Shown piece after piece: positions 20,912 to 29,160 of a stretch of 64,000 nucleotides of DNA. How positions within the stretch are numbered: position 1 is the first letter of the stretch; every line of letters starts with the position of its first letter. The stretch is from Nitrospinales bacterium. GTDB lineage: Bacteria > Nitrospinota > Nitrospinia > Nitrospinales > VA-1. Both the position numbers and the translations under genes were made by a program. The notes beneath the pieces were generated by a model. The model was not told the DNA's origin, ran no database searches, and saw only the letters and a program-made list of their open reading frames with translations. The stretch spans positions 2,688,001 through 2,752,000 of the forward strand of contig CBDCXL010000002.1 of NCBI GenBank assembly GCA_965223795.1. Reading direction: 5' to 3'.

Positions 20912-21131
20912 ACTTAAAGTCATTGATTTATTGTAAGGTATCTGGGGCATGCGGTGTTGGGGTGTGTGAAACTTCAGACGTTTTCATTGCGGCGGGCACG
21001 GAAAGAGAAAGGGGAAAATGCGTGAAAAAGGGGACCTGCCCAGACTTTCGGTGGATTTGAAAACCGGATTCGGGAAAAAATTTTGACAAATGTGGATGTT
21101 GTAATCTTTTTAAAAACAATGCACTGAATAT

Positions 21132-21197
21132 TTTTAGACAAAAATCTAAAATTTGTATAGATATTTTCTTGACAAATCTATACAAGTGTCGCATATT
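21132..21197 (+). promoter_or_regulatory. Sigma-70 promoter with putative CarH/LitR operator
   Basis: TTGACA (21169-21174), 17-nt spacer, CATATT. The -35 is enclosed by the perfect inverted repeat TTGTATAGAT/ATCTATACAA (21153-21162 and 21176-21185). TnnAYA units at 21135, 21158, 21169 and 21179. Confidence 0.75.
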
Positions 21198-21258
21198 TGC
21201 TCCTAGATATATGACTCACTCACTGAGACACGAACCGTATCTGACAGGAGAAAACAAA

Positions 21259-21945
21259 ATGAAAACGACACAAAAATCCATCGTCCTCGCCGCCGCCCTT
21301 TCTTTGACCCTTTCCGCTCCCGCAACGGTGCTCGCGCATTCCGGCCACAATCACGAAGAGCTGCCGGTAACCTGGCAGTTCACGGATGCGACCCAGGATA
21401 AAGTGAAAACGAATTTCAGCGCCGCTTCCGGAAAAATCATCACCGGCCTGTCGCAGTTCGAACAGAAAAAACTCGACCGTTATGGAATCCAGGTGGGAGC
21501 CACTTTCAAGTCGGAGATCGCCGGCCATCCGGTGAAAGTGAAACGCACCACGATGGGGCTCGAGGTCCTGGGCGTGCAGCCTTTCGATCTCACTTCGGTG
21601 TGGCAGATTCCGATCCGCAAAGCGCATGGGGTTTCTCTTGTCGCCACCGGTTCCGTTCATCATGAAGGCCACGATCATGCGGTGAAACCGTATGAATGGG
21701 AATTCACGCAGGCCACCCAGAACCTCATCGTCAAACGCGTTGCCGAGCGCAAAAGCGCCTTCATCGGTCTGAATGAATTCGAACAGAAGCTGATGGACCG
21801 GTACAGTCTGAAAATCGGCAACATCTTCATGGCGGACGTTCAGGGACAGAAAATGCGGGTGGAGCGGACTTCCGGCGGCATCCGCGTGCAGTCCGTGGAC
21901 GATAACCCGACTCTGGCCAGCGCGACCGGCATGAGCCGCATGTGA
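21259..21945 (+). CDS. Secreted protein with two homologous His-rich domains, function unknown
   Basis: SD AGGAG; signal peptide ending VLA; both halves share HxGHxH...P..W.FT.ATQ...GL..FEQK..DRY....G..F.....G....V.RT..G..V. Confidence 0.85.
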   Translation: MKTTQKSIVLAAALSLTLSAPATVLAHSGHNHEELPVTWQFTDATQDKVKTNFSAASGKIITGLSQFEQKKLDRYGIQVGATFKSEIAGHPVKVKRTTMGLEVLGVQPFDLTSVWQIPIRKAHGVSLVATGSVHHEGHDHAVKPYEWEFTQATQNLIVKRVAERKSAFIGLNEFEQKLMDRYSLKIGNIFMADVQGQKMRVERTSGGIRVQSVDDNPTLASATGMSRM

Positions 21946-22010
21946 GTCCCGCTTGCGAATCGGTAACACGCTGAGCAAGCCGTCAACGCAAACGCGATCA
22001 CCCAACCCAG

Positions 22011-22034
22011 GCCGGGAGGGATTTCCCTCCCGGC
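22011..22034 (+). other. Strong intergenic hairpin without a U-tract
   Basis: GCCGGGAGGG-ATTT-CCCTCCCGGC, a perfect 10-bp stem, 17 nt before the regulator ATG. Confidence 0.7.
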
Positions 22035-22051
22035 TCCGTGCGAAAGGCGCC

Positions 22052-22969
22052 ATGAACGCAACCCCCAAAGACCTGCTCACCATCGGCGAGCTTTCCCGGC
22101 TGACCGGGATCAGCACCTACACGCTGAGGATGTGGGAGAAACGCTACGGGATGCCGCGCAACCAGCGCCTGCCTTCGGGGCACCGCCGCTACCCGCGCGA
22201 GGAAGTCCCGCGGCTGCGGGCCATCGCCAAGGCGCTGGAGGAGGGGTACCGCGCGAGCAAGGTGGTGTGCGGTTCGTTGGAAGAACTCACCCATCTGCTC
22301 GGTCTCCATCTTCCGCTTTCCGCCACGGGAGAGCCCGAGACAGCCGAAACGCAGGACACCGCCAGCCTGGTCCAGGTGGAAAAGTGGATCGAGGCGGTGC
22401 ACCGGTTCGACGAGGCCACCCTGACGCAGGAGTTTTACGATGCCTGGGCCCGCATGGGGCCGATGGAGTTCATCCAGAACTTGGCGGCGCCGTTCACCAC
22501 GCAGGTGGGGCTGTGCTGGGAAACGGGGGAGCTTTCGGTCTCGCACGAACATTTTGCTTCGGAACGGCTGGAGCATTTTCTCAGCACGCAGTGGCGCCGG
22601 ATGAACGAACGCAAGCAGGGCCCTTGCGTGGTGCTGACGACGCTGCCGGGAGACCCGCACCGGCTGGGGATCGCCATGTGTGCGGTGGTGACGGCGCTGA
22701 CAGAGCGCAAGGTCGTCTACCTGGGGCCGGACACGCCGCTGGACGCGGTGGCGCTTTCGGTCCAGCGCTGCGACGCCCGCATTCTGGCCCTCAGCATTTC
22801 CCCCACGATGGATGCGGACGAAATCGACCGGCTGCTGTTGTCGCTGCGGAAACAGGTGCCGCGCAAAATCGAAATCGTGGTGGGAGGGGAGGGCGCCCCG
22901 GAAACGATCACGGGCGTCACCCGCTTCGACCGGTTTCCCGATTATTTCGACTGGCTCGGCAATCATTGA
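22052..22969 (+). CDS. carH: MerR-family B12-binding regulator (CarH/LitR-type photoreceptor)
   Basis: MerR HTH (LTIGELSRLTGIS.YTLRMWEKRYG...GHRRY); W-x9-EH motif (WETGELSVSHEH); cobalamin motif DPHRLG...LSIS...VGGEG. Start set at ATG 22052. Confidence 0.88.
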   Translation: MNATPKDLLTIGELSRLTGISTYTLRMWEKRYGMPRNQRLPSGHRRYPREEVPRLRAIAKALEEGYRASKVVCGSLEELTHLLGLHLPLSATGEPETAETQDTASLVQVEKWIEAVHRFDEATLTQEFYDAWARMGPMEFIQNLAAPFTTQVGLCWETGELSVSHEHFASERLEHFLSTQWRRMNERKQGPCVVLTTLPGDPHRLGIAMCAVVTALTERKVVYLGPDTPLDAVALSVQRCDARILALSISPTMDADEIDRLLLSLRKQVPRKIEIVVGGEGAPETITGVTRFDRFPDYFDWLGNH

Positions 22970-23009
22970 GAGCCGTTCTTCCACCCGTCCTTTCTGGAAG
23001 GAATCGATC

Positions 23010-24065
23010 ATGAGAAAAAAAATCCTGGTGGCGGGCGCCACCGGTTACATCGGCACGCATCTCGTCGCGGCGCTGCGACAGGGCGGTTATCCGCTGCGCT
23101 GCCTGGTGCGCAATCCGGACGCGTTTGAGAACGGGCAGGGCTGTGAGGTGGTGCGCGGGGATCTTCTGGATGCAGCCAGCCTGCGCACGGCGTTCGAGGG
23201 CATCGACACCGCGTTCTACCTGGTGCACAGCCTCGACGCAGGGGCGGATTTCGAACGTCTGGAAATCGAGGCCGCTGCCCATTTCGGCGAGGCCGCCCGC
23301 ACCGCGGGCGTGAAGCGGATCGTCTATCTCGGCGCGCTCGGCAGCTCCGAACACGGGCCGTTGTCGCCGCATCTCAAAAGCCGGAAAGAAGTCGGCAACG
23401 TGCTGCGCGCATCGGGCGTGCCGGTGCTGGAGTTTCAGGCGTCGATCATTCTGGGCGCGGGCAGCCTGTCGTTCGAGATGATCCGCAAGCTGTCGGAACG
23501 GCTGCCGGTGATGCTCATGCCGCGCTGGGTGCGGACGCCGGCGCAGCCCATTCACATCCGGGACGTCTTGCACTATCTGGTTCAGGCGGTCGAACTGGAC
23601 TTGAACGGGCATGAGATCTTTCAAATCGGCGGCCGCGACCGGGTTTCCTACCGCGACCTGATCACGGAGTACGCGAAGCAGCGCGGACTCAAACGCTGGC
23701 TGATCCCGGTGCCGGTGCTGACGCCGCGGCTTTCCAGCCTGTGGCTCATGCTGGTCACGCCGTTGCATTTCAAGGTGGGACGCAAGCTGATCGAGAGCAT
23801 CAAAAACCCGACCTGGGTGCAGGACGAAAGTGCGGCCAGGCGGTTTCCCGGCATCCAGCCCATCGGCGTCGCCGAAGCCATTGCCCAGGCGCTGCGGGAA
23901 AATCCGGATCAGCCGGTGTGGGAACGTCAGCCGAACGGGAATGCGGCGTCCCCGGATGCGACGCAAACCACGGAGAATGAAGAACCCCTTCCTATCAGTT
24001 CGCGCAAAATTTATAAAAATTCCGGCATCGCGTACGAGAAAGTCGAAGGCCGCATCAACCCTTGA
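23010..24065 (+). CDS. NAD(P)-binding atypical SDR oxidoreductase (YbjT-like)
   Basis: ILVAGATGYIG, FYLVHSL, LSPHLKSR, IILGAGSLSFEMIR, PRWVRT..QPI and IPVPVLTPRLSSLWL. Start set at ATG 23010. Confidence 0.88.
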   Translation: MRKKILVAGATGYIGTHLVAALRQGGYPLRCLVRNPDAFENGQGCEVVRGDLLDAASLRTAFEGIDTAFYLVHSLDAGADFERLEIEAAAHFGEAARTAGVKRIVYLGALGSSEHGPLSPHLKSRKEVGNVLRASGVPVLEFQASIILGAGSLSFEMIRKLSERLPVMLMPRWVRTPAQPIHIRDVLHYLVQAVELDLNGHEIFQIGGRDRVSYRDLITEYAKQRGLKRWLIPVPVLTPRLSSLWLMLVTPLHFKVGRKLIESIKNPTWVQDESAARRFPGIQPIGVAEAIAQALRENPDQPVWERQPNGNAASPDATQTTENEEPLPISSRKIYKNSGIAYEKVEGRINP

Positions 24066-25407
24066 TCAATTGGGAGTGCGGGTAGGCGGAAAACCAGCCG
24101 AACCAGAACGCGCGGTAGGCCGGCAGCCGCGGCAGTTTCTGTTTCCCGTCCTTTGAGATCAGCGCGTCTTCGGTCACCTGCCAGCGCCGGCCTTTCGCAT
24201 CGGTGGCGGTGAATTCGCGGTCCCAGGATTGGAACGTCACGCCGCCCGCGTTGTACACCCGGTTGGCGCCGGAGGCGTCGGTCAGCACCACGTAGTTCAC
24301 CGTGCCAAGCGCGTTCTGGTACACCGGGTTGTCCAGCAGGTGGGCTGCGGCGATGGCCAGCGGCTTGTCGGGATGCTGCGGAAACAGAAGCGCCAGGATT
24401 TCCGCTTTGTTCTTGAGCCGCTTGTCGAGTTTGGGAACGTTGAACATCAGTTCATCGGTCGCGAAATACCGCCGGTAGGCGGCGCCCTCGCTGTAATCGC
24501 GGAAATGCCCCGTGTTGAGGGACAGCACTTTCGAGTCCGGATGACGCTTTTTCCATTCCCCCCAGGTCGAAGTCACCACGCCGCGGTACTTGAGCTCGAT
24601 GCCCTTGCCGACCAGCGGCCCGATCACCGGTTTGCCCCAGAACGTGTTCCATAAAGACTGAGTGGCCTTGTCGTACATGAGCTTGTTGGAGCGGTATAGA
24701 AATCCGCTGGTGCCGAGCCTGTGGTTCGTGCCGTCGAGCGTGGTTTGGTAGAGGATCATGGAGCCGCACAGGGTGCAGTAGACGCCCGCGACCGGCAGGC
24801 CGCCGACGGTGTCCACGAACATCTCGTGCCAGGCGAGGATGCGCTTTGGATAAGCGCGCGCGTCGCCGTTCACGGTCAGGCCGAACACGACGTGATCGTC
24901 TTTCAGGTAGTCCGCTTGAGCGGCCGGGATCATTTCCGGATCGCGCAGGGGCGGGATGCCATCTTGAAGCACGCCGCCCCAGCGCACCTCATCGAGCCGG
25001 ATGGTCACAGGATGGCTGTCCGCAAAGTAGGCGCCGAACTTGGGGTCGATGCGCTTGTACAATTCTCCCTTGAAACGGGCGTAGTGCGGGTGCTTGTTCT
25101 CCTCGCGGTTCCACAGCCACTCGTACCAGGCGTTGACGTCGTAGCCGAATTTCCGGCCGGTGTGTTTTTCCAGCAGGCCGATCAGTGCGCGGGTCAGCCC
25201 GGGATCGCGGCTGAGGTGCATGGTTTCCAGGATCATCGGGACGAAGGAAGGCTGCCAGTGCGCGTCCACCCGCTCGAACGCCGCCGAATCCGCTCCCTCG
25301 GACAACAGGTCGAGCACGTCGTCGATCGTGGCTTTCTTTGCCGAGGCGCAGGCGGAAACAGGAAAGGCAAACACCATCAGCAAAAAAAACAGGGCGGCTC
25401 TCCGCAT
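24055..25407 (-). CDS. DUF3179-family exported protein with CxxC motif
   Basis: WGGV..DGIPPL.DP, ARAYP.RIL.WHE, YCTLCGS, SGFLYRSN.LMYD..T.SLW and FWFGW; signal or lipobox-like VSAC. Start set at ATG 25407. Confidence 0.85.
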   Translation of the reverse strand: MRRAALFFLLMVFAFPVSACASAKKATIDDVLDLLSEGADSAAFERVDAHWQPSFVPMILETMHLSRDPGLTRALIGLLEKHTGRKFGYDVNAWYEWLWNREENKHPHYARFKGELYKRIDPKFGAYFADSHPVTIRLDEVRWGGVLQDGIPPLRDPEMIPAAQADYLKDDHVVFGLTVNGDARAYPKRILAWHEMFVDTVGGLPVAGVYCTLCGSMILYQTTLDGTNHRLGTSGFLYRSNKLMYDKATQSLWNTFWGKPVIGPLVGKGIELKYRGVVTSTWGEWKKRHPDSKVLSLNTGHFRDYSEGAAYRRYFATDELMFNVPKLDKRLKNKAEILALLFPQHPDKPLAIAAAHLLDNPVYQNALGTVNYVVLTDASGANRVYNAGGVTFQSWDREFTATDAKGRRWQVTEDALISKDGKQKLPRLPAYRAFWFGWFSAYPHSQLIKG

Positions 25408-25561
25408 CGTTTCGGCTCCTTTAATACTTTGGGAAAAGATCGGAATTTCTTTCAACAGCGGCCGCGGTGAACGGGCGCTGTCTAATCGAAGTCGGAAGAA
25501 GGCCGGTTTGCTTACGATGTCTGTGCGGAGAGCCGCCCCGGTTTCAGCGGAGGCCCTGGAA

Positions 25562-27523
25562 CTACTGTAAAACAAATGCTTTCATGCCATCCGGCGCGAT
25601 GCCGGGGACAGCGGTATCCGGATTCGCCAGCGCCATGGTCCCTTCACGGAAAAACTTGGTCAGCATCAGGTTTATGTGGATCGTCTGTCCGGCTTTCAGC
25701 GTTTCCGTTCCCAGCCAGCGTGCGGGAAGGAACGCCTCGAAGGCGATGTGCGGGTTGGTTTTTTCCAGTTCCTGCACGTGCCCGCGGACCGGAATTTCCT
25801 TTGCCGTCTGATCCGGCGCGTAGCGGACCAGGCGGGGGGCGATGCCATCGCCGGAGGTGTCCGCACCTGTGTGTGCACCGGATTTTTGCGGAACCATGTG
25901 AATGGCGTGGTGATGCGTGTTCTCTGCGTCGTCTTTCACCAGGATGTGCATCTGAAAGGTTTCAGACAGAGGGAACCCGTCCTTGTGATCGAGCAGGGCG
26001 CGGTCGAGGTAGTTCTGCGCGTGGCTCGCCAAATACAGGCCTTCCGGACGCCACGCCACGTGCACGTCGGCAAATTGCAGGGTCTCCCCTGTGGTCTCAA
26101 AACCGGTCAGGCGCGTTTTGAGGTGATCCCAGTCGGTCAGCGACCGGTCGTCGACCTGGATGGGATTTTCCGCCCGGTGCAGCACGCGCTCCGGCTTAGG
26201 GGTTTTTCCGGTCTCGCCCCAGCCTTCCCGGTGGATGGTTTCCAGATGCGGGTTGAGGTTGCGGAACACCTGGGCGACTTTCTGATAGGGGCGGTTGGCG
26301 ATGTCGATGAGTCCCATGTTGTAGTCCTCGCCGTCGTAGCGGCCGCCGGTGGGCTCGTCGGTGAATTGAAACCAGTGCATCCCGACGATGTTGGGAATGC
26401 GGGCGAAATGGATCAGCGCGTTGGCCAGGCCGTAGGCCCGTTCGGTCTGGGTTTTGACTTTCAGGAAGGGCCCCGGCTTGTCGTTGATCCGGTTGAGATT
26501 GCCGCTGCGGTTTTCGTCGGCGGCCAGATAAAACTCCGTGATGAGGACCGGCTTGCCGGTCAGCCGCTCGATGCCCTCAAAGTAATAGGGCGTCACCCAT
26601 CCATCCTGCGTGTTGACATTGTAGTTGAGGGAGATAACATCGACATACTCCCTGGCCGCGCGGACCGCATTCTCATGGTAGTAGATCGGGTAGCGGTCGC
26701 CGAGGATCAGGGCGCCCGGATGCGCTTTGCGCAGCGCATCGTGCACCACCTGATAGTAGCGGCGGGCGCAGAGAAAGGTGAAGCGGTTGACGACCTGGAT
26801 GCCCTGTCCACCGGGCCTGAGCTTGAGCCCGGCGCCGGCCTGCTTCAAATCCTCGAAACTCTTCTCGCCACCCTGCGGAACCCAGTCCCACAACAGGTGT
26901 TCCCACCGGCCTGCATAGGTTTTGTGCAGCAGCCGCCACAGGACCTGCTTGGTCTGTATGTCCCATCCCTTTTTCAGATACCAGCTGAACAGGGGACCGT
27001 TCCACCATCCGACTTCGTTGTCGGTGAAATAGCCGACCAGCCAGGGATCGTTTTTGTAGGGCGCGGTCAGCTCTATGGCTTTTTCGTGAGCTCTGGCGTC
27101 GTTGACCGGGTCGAACACATCGTCCCAGATCAGCTTGATGTGCTCGCCGAGATGCAGCGACACCATCAAGGGAAACTCAAGGTCGGAAGAGGGGTCCGAC
27201 CAGCCCCCGCGTGTGTTGAATCCCCAGTCCCGCATGCGGCTGCTGAGAGAGGAACGCCAGTGTTCGATCGTGGGGAAATGGTTGTCCCAGTAGTAGGCTT
27301 TACCCGCAAGGCTTTTGGGATTCGGCTCGCCGCCGTCGATGACGTTGATCCCCTTGGAATAAAACGGGCTGCCGTTGGGGGCACGGAGCCAGTGGACGCC
27401 GTCGCGCTGCATGACGCTCCAGGTTTTTTCGGAGCTGGAGCCGGCAGCCGAATTCGCGGCGGACACGAGGATGAATGTGTGAACCAGAAATAGGACTGAC
27501 GAGAATAGCCGGTTTGGGTGCAT
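25562..27523 (-). CDS. Secreted clan-A glycoside hydrolase (GH50/agarase-like) with CBM9-like C-terminal domain
   Basis: WGFNT.GGWS, GYFTDNE (acid/base), PVLITEF (nucleophile), VGMHWFQFTDEP..GR.DGEDYN.GL; C-terminal PIQVD...DW...VAW..EGLYLA...FEAFLP. Confidence 0.75.
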   Translation of the reverse strand: MHPNRLFSSVLFLVHTFILVSAANSAAGSSSEKTWSVMQRDGVHWLRAPNGSPFYSKGINVIDGGEPNPKSLAGKAYYWDNHFPTIEHWRSSLSSRMRDWGFNTRGGWSDPSSDLEFPLMVSLHLGEHIKLIWDDVFDPVNDARAHEKAIELTAPYKNDPWLVGYFTDNEVGWWNGPLFSWYLKKGWDIQTKQVLWRLLHKTYAGRWEHLLWDWVPQGGEKSFEDLKQAGAGLKLRPGGQGIQVVNRFTFLCARRYYQVVHDALRKAHPGALILGDRYPIYYHENAVRAAREYVDVISLNYNVNTQDGWVTPYYFEGIERLTGKPVLITEFYLAADENRSGNLNRINDKPGPFLKVKTQTERAYGLANALIHFARIPNIVGMHWFQFTDEPTGGRYDGEDYNMGLIDIANRPYQKVAQVFRNLNPHLETIHREGWGETGKTPKPERVLHRAENPIQVDDRSLTDWDHLKTRLTGFETTGETLQFADVHVAWRPEGLYLASHAQNYLDRALLDHKDGFPLSETFQMHILVKDDAENTHHHAIHMVPQKSGAHTGADTSGDGIAPRLVRYAPDQTAKEIPVRGHVQELEKTNPHIAFEAFLPARWLGTETLKAGQTIHINLMLTKFFREGTMALANPDTAVPGIAPDGMKAFVLQ

Positions 27524-27700
27524 GGACGTTTCCTTTGGTCAAAGAAAGTGGATGGAATGGGGCGAATCGCGGAAAAGGCAGGTTGGAGTGATTCCGCCCC
27601 GAGGCAATGCGGCAGCGTGAAGTAGATAGACTCCTTTCAATCCCGGTGTGGGATTGAACCGCTGTTATGCAACACGAGAACTTTGCAGATGCCGTGATCT

Positions 27701-27734
27701 GTCATGCCGGGCCCTTCGACAAGCCCAGGGTGAC
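27701..27734 (+). repeat. Partial copy of REP-like repeat family A
   Basis: GTCATGCCGGG-CCCTTCGACAAGCCCAGGGTGAC matches both ends of 47838-47893 with the middle missing. Confidence 0.75.
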
Positions 27735-28065
27735 AATAGCGCTCAGTTTCTTAAACGCAAGACGTATGCAAAGGTCTCAAAATGTGAGCGGGCAGGTCTC
27801 ACAACAGCCGAAACAATAAACCACATAATTCGTTTAAAATCAATAATATTTATATATTATTTATGTAAATTTAAACAAATTTAATGTGCATGGATGTCGC
27901 ATTGACTTGGGGTGTTTGCGGGAAGAAACGGGGCGGGGGAGATGCCGTTCAATCCGGGTTTGCCGTTTGCTCTAAAGGCGTTTCGGCTGTGCAGCCGAGG
28001 GTTCTGCCGATGCAGAGAAGAGAGCGAGTGGGATATCGATTGAGGGGAATTCCGCGGGGTGTTTT

Positions 28066-29160
28066 TCAGGGATCGCGCAGGTGCGGGGCGAGCAGGGGGA
28101 TCAGCCTGCGTGTGAATTCGGCGGCGTCTTTTTTTGTGAGGTGCGACCATTCGGGACAATCGAACCCCCTCAATTGCGGATGATCTTCAAAATGAATGCC
28201 CGGCGCGCCGGTGACCTGAAGGATCCGGTCCCAGTATTCGGCGCGCGGCGTGTGTTCGTTTTCCAGCGCGCGCAGGGTGCCGGTGGAAGGCAGGCGCAGA
28301 AAGATCACCTTGCCGCCGCGGCCGTTGATTTTGTAGACGTGCGATTGGGTTTCTTTCAGGATGCCGTCGATCATTTTCTTCTTGCCCGCGGCGGCTTCTT
28401 CCCTGGTTTTGCCCGGAGGCGGCGGTCTGGGGGTGAACAGGGGAATCCAGATCTGCTGAATGCGTTGTTGCAATGCGGTGTCTTTCTCGGCCTGGTCGGT
28501 CATCCCTCCCTGGCGCTCTTCGTCCACTTCGTAGAAATAGGGCGGCAGCTCCGGCGGCCCTTTGACTTTCCCGCGGTCGGGGATTTTAAGCTGCGACAGC
28601 AACTGGTTCAGGGTCAGGTCTTCCTGATTCAAAAACGCCAGCCTGCGTTCGAGCAGCATGCCGAGCCGGTGCCCGATGCGCTGGGCCGGGGTCCAGTCGC
28701 GAAAGCGTTGCAGATGGTCGTTGGGCCGATTCACCGGCGGTCCGCCGGGAGCGAAAAAGAGGCCGGGCACCACGCCCACGATGACGGTTCCCGAAAACTC
28801 CGGATGCTCGGCCAGGTCCTTGAGATAGGGGCCGGGGTTGGTGCCGACGGTGGAGAGCTGCAGCGGACGTTCGCCCATCGCCTCTTCGTACACATCCATG
28901 TTGAAATCGAACAGCATGCGCGACGAGCCGATGAGCACGGTGCGGTCGGGTTCCGCATCGACCAGGGCCCGGCGGCTGGCCCACAGGTCTTCCGTGTCGT
29001 TCAGCGTGGGCGCATACCCGAGATGGCGGCAGTACAGCTCCCAGCCCAACGTCAGAACGGCGGTGACCGCCACGCTCACGAGCGCGAGCAGGACCCAGTG
29101 GTGCCGGGGGATGATCCTTTTCAGCTCATAGGTCTTAAAACTGGAAGTAGATGAAGGCAT
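28066..29160 (-). CDS. SGNH-like periplasmic partner of the MBOAT acyltransferase
   Basis: N-terminal TM, VLIGSSR (block-I Ser) and C-terminal EWSHL (acid-x-x-His); start overlaps the MBOAT 3' end by 26 nt. Confidence 0.75.
   Translation of the reverse strand: MPSSTSSFKTYELKRIIPRHHWVLLALVSVAVTAVLTLGWELYCRHLGYAPTLNDTEDLWASRRALVDAEPDRTVLIGSSRMLFDFNMDVYEEAMGERPLQLSTVGTNPGPYLKDLAEHPEFSGTVIVGVVPGLFFAPGGPPVNRPNDHLQRFRDWTPAQRIGHRLGMLLERRLAFLNQEDLTLNQLLSQLKIPDRGKVKGPPELPPYFYEVDEERQGGMTDQAEKDTALQQRIQQIWIPLFTPRPPPPGKTREEAAAGKKKMIDGILKETQSHVYKINGRGGKVIFLRLPSTGTLRALENEHTPRAEYWDRILQVTGAPGIHFEDHPQLRGFDCPEWSHLTKKDAAEFTRRLIPLLAPHLRDP

Noticed and set aside
20930..21258. Cobalamin riboswitch upstream of the B12-regulator operon
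   Set aside because: I could not find the conserved B12-box elements; the region is AT-rich and better explained as promoter plus operator. An Rfam scan would settle it.
24055..25407. Possible selenoprotein (DUF3179 family)
   Set aside because: The motif is CTLC with ordinary Cys codons and there is no in-frame TGA.
27780..27900. Very AT-rich tract as a replication origin or island boundary
   Set aside because: No DnaA-box cluster or mobility gene; more likely upstream regulatory DNA of the glycoside hydrolase.
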